In this document: positions 7,703 to 8,534 of the stretch, in pieces | Layout: the number at the start of each line of letters is the position of its first letter | Numbering within the stretch: the first letter of the stretch is position 1 | Source of the DNA: a virus | Lineage: Duplodnaviria; Heunggongvirae; Uroviricota; Caudoviricetes | Reading direction: 5' to 3' (one strand) | Virus record (IMG/VR): IMGVR_UViG_2778261176_000015 | Length of the DNA stretch: 8,534 bases | The notes under the pieces: generated by a model | Told to the model about the DNA's origin: nothing | The model's database searches: none | Seen by the model: the letters and a program-made list of their open reading frames with translations, nothing else | Made by a program: the position numbers and the translations under genes

Positions 7703-8143
7703 ATGAATTACATATATTCCGCGACTACAAACTCTTTCTATCCCTTGGAGATGAAAGAGGATTACACGCAAGCTGACTCATGGCCAGATGATGCTGTTGA
7801 AGTTGATGAGCAAGTGTATATTGAGTTTTCCGGATTACCGCCGAAAGGAAAAATCCGTATCGCTGGAGAAAATGGTTTTCCTGCATGGTCTGAAATTCCA
7901 CCACCAACACATGAGGAACAGATTGCTGCAGCCGAACTGAAAAAGCAGCAATTGATTAATCAGGCCAACGATTATATGAACAGTAAACAATGGGCTGGTA
8001 AAGCGGCTATTGGTCGTCTGAAAGGTGAGGAACTGGCGCAATATAATTTGTGGCTGGATTATCTGGACGCACTGGAGCTGGTCGATACTTCCAGTGCGCC
8101 AGATATTGAATGGCCTACTCCTCCGGCAGTTCAGGCCAGATGA
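7703..8143 (+). CDS. Tail fibre assembly protein (Tfa family), alternate-orientation copy, 146 aa
   Basis: GGAG SD 6 nt upstream of the ATG at 7703. C-terminus ...LWLDYLDALELVDTSSAPDIEWP matches the Tfa motif I recall from e14 TfaE (VDTSTAPDIEWP). It directly follows the alternate fibre tip cassette. Confidence 0.8.
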   Translation: MNYIYSATTNSFYPLEMKEDYTQADSWPDDAVEVDEQVYIEFSGLPPKGKIRIAGENGFPAWSEIPPPTHEEQIAAAELKKQQLINQANDYMNSKQWAGKAAIGRLKGEELAQYNLWLDYLDALELVDTSSAPDIEWPTPPAVQAR

Positions 8144-8153
8144 CATCCGGCGC
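8096..8153. repeat. Imperfect inverted repeat formed by the convergent 3' ends of the two tfa genes
   Basis: GCGCCAGATATTGAATGGCCT (8096-8116, plus strand) against GCGCCGGATGTCATCTGGCCT (reverse complement of 8133-8153), about 15 of 21 identical. Both encode APD(I/V)(E/I)WP. The two genes overlap by 29 bp (8115-8143). Confidence 0.4.
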
Positions 8154-8534
8154 GGTGCTGGTATCTGTTGCCGTCACCGCGTCAATGTAATCCAGCACAG
8201 TGTTAAGTCGGGAGGTCTCTGCCTGCATCAGCTTCCGCCCAGCCTGTAATTTCAGTTGAATCAGACTAATGGAAGCCATTGCAGTGTCAATCAGTGACTG
8301 ACGCTGTGCTTCTGCCGCGTCTACTGCGGCGTGATGCTGTGCCTCAGTATCGGTCACCCATTTCTCACCATCCCATTTATCGTATGGCGTTAATGGGGCG
8401 ATAGTGGTTGTATTTTCGGGGTAATCACCCGGAGTTGTGATTTCTTTGGCGTCTCCCGTTTCGGTGTTATAGACGATTTCTCCGCGATGGTCTGGCACAT
8501 ATTCCCATGAGTTTAAATCCGCAGAGCGGCAGAT
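8115..8534 (-). CDS. Tail fibre assembly protein (Tfa family), 5'-truncated by window end
   Basis: The reading frame is open to position 8534 (ICRSADLNSWEYVPDHRGEIVYNTETGD...), so the ORF track's Met at 8498 is a GTG and not the true start. It has the W-x-x-V-x-DHRG-x-x-VY motif seen in TfaE-like proteins and ends ...DTSTAPDVIWPELPEE with TAG at 8115-8117. Confidence 0.8.
   Translation of the reverse strand: MCRSADLNSWEYVPDHRGEIVYNTETGDAKEITTPGDYPENTTTIAPLTPYDKWDGEKWVTDTEAQHHAAVDAAEAQRQSLIDTAMASISLIQLKLQAGRKLMQAETSRLNTVLDYIDAVTATDTSTAPDVIWPELPEE

Larger units (their letters stand above)
1..8534 (-). mobile_element. P2-like prophage late/tail gene region (partial; both ends continue beyond window)
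   Basis: Contiguous minus-strand genes with P2 synteny FI-FII-E-E'-T-U-D-ogr, tight or overlapping junctions, followed upstream by a tail-fibre assembly and invertase module. Confidence 0.85.
7312..8534. mobile_element. Invertible tail-fibre host-range segment (G/C/P-segment-like), left boundary at crossover site; right boundary beyond window
   Basis: Architecture invertase | site | alternate fibre tip (+) and tfa' (+) converging on tfa (-). The partner site and the active fibre tip are expected to the right of 8534. Confidence 0.55.

Noticed and set aside
7868-7880. Short palindrome GAAAATGGTTTTC inside tfa' as a possible second crossover site
   Set aside because: Only 5-bp arms, and the flanks do not fit the 12-2-12 hix-like pattern (no AAACC inner arm or TTnTC outer arm). 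More likely coincidental coding sequence.
7725-8249. ORFs 7725-7910 (-), 7835-8146 (-) and 8025-8249 (+) overlapping the two tfa genes
   Set aside because: Opposite-strand or out-of-frame overlaps of ORFs with clear Tfa motifs and a good RBS; their translations have no recognisable features.
1-8534. CRISPR arrays, tRNA or other structured RNA genes, toxin-antitoxin or defence islands
   Set aside because: No direct-repeat and spacer periodicity, no tRNA-like cloverleaf candidates, and no unassigned intergenic space longer than about 80 bp. All sizeable ORFs are accounted for by tail, invertase or fibre functions.

Overview
This window is the late (tail) region of a P2-like prophage, read almost entirely on the minus strand in the canonical P2 order FI (sheath) - FII (tube) - E/E' (frameshifted tail chaperones) - T (tape measure) - U - D - ogr (late activator). 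Upstream of FI sits a Hin/Gin/Cin/Pin-family serine DNA invertase (6663-7256), then a 26-bp hix/gix-like crossover site (7312-7337) and what looks like an invertible tail-fibre host-range segment. That segment holds a silent alternate tail-fibre tip cassette plus its own tfa on the plus strand (7284-8143), converging on a minus-strand tfa whose 5' end lies beyond the window (8115-8534). I did not find a clearly undescribed system; the most accessory-like content is the inversion module and its AT-rich silent cassette. All calls come from reading the sequence and recognising protein families from memory; no database search or computation was run, and protein lengths quoted for P2 are recollection.
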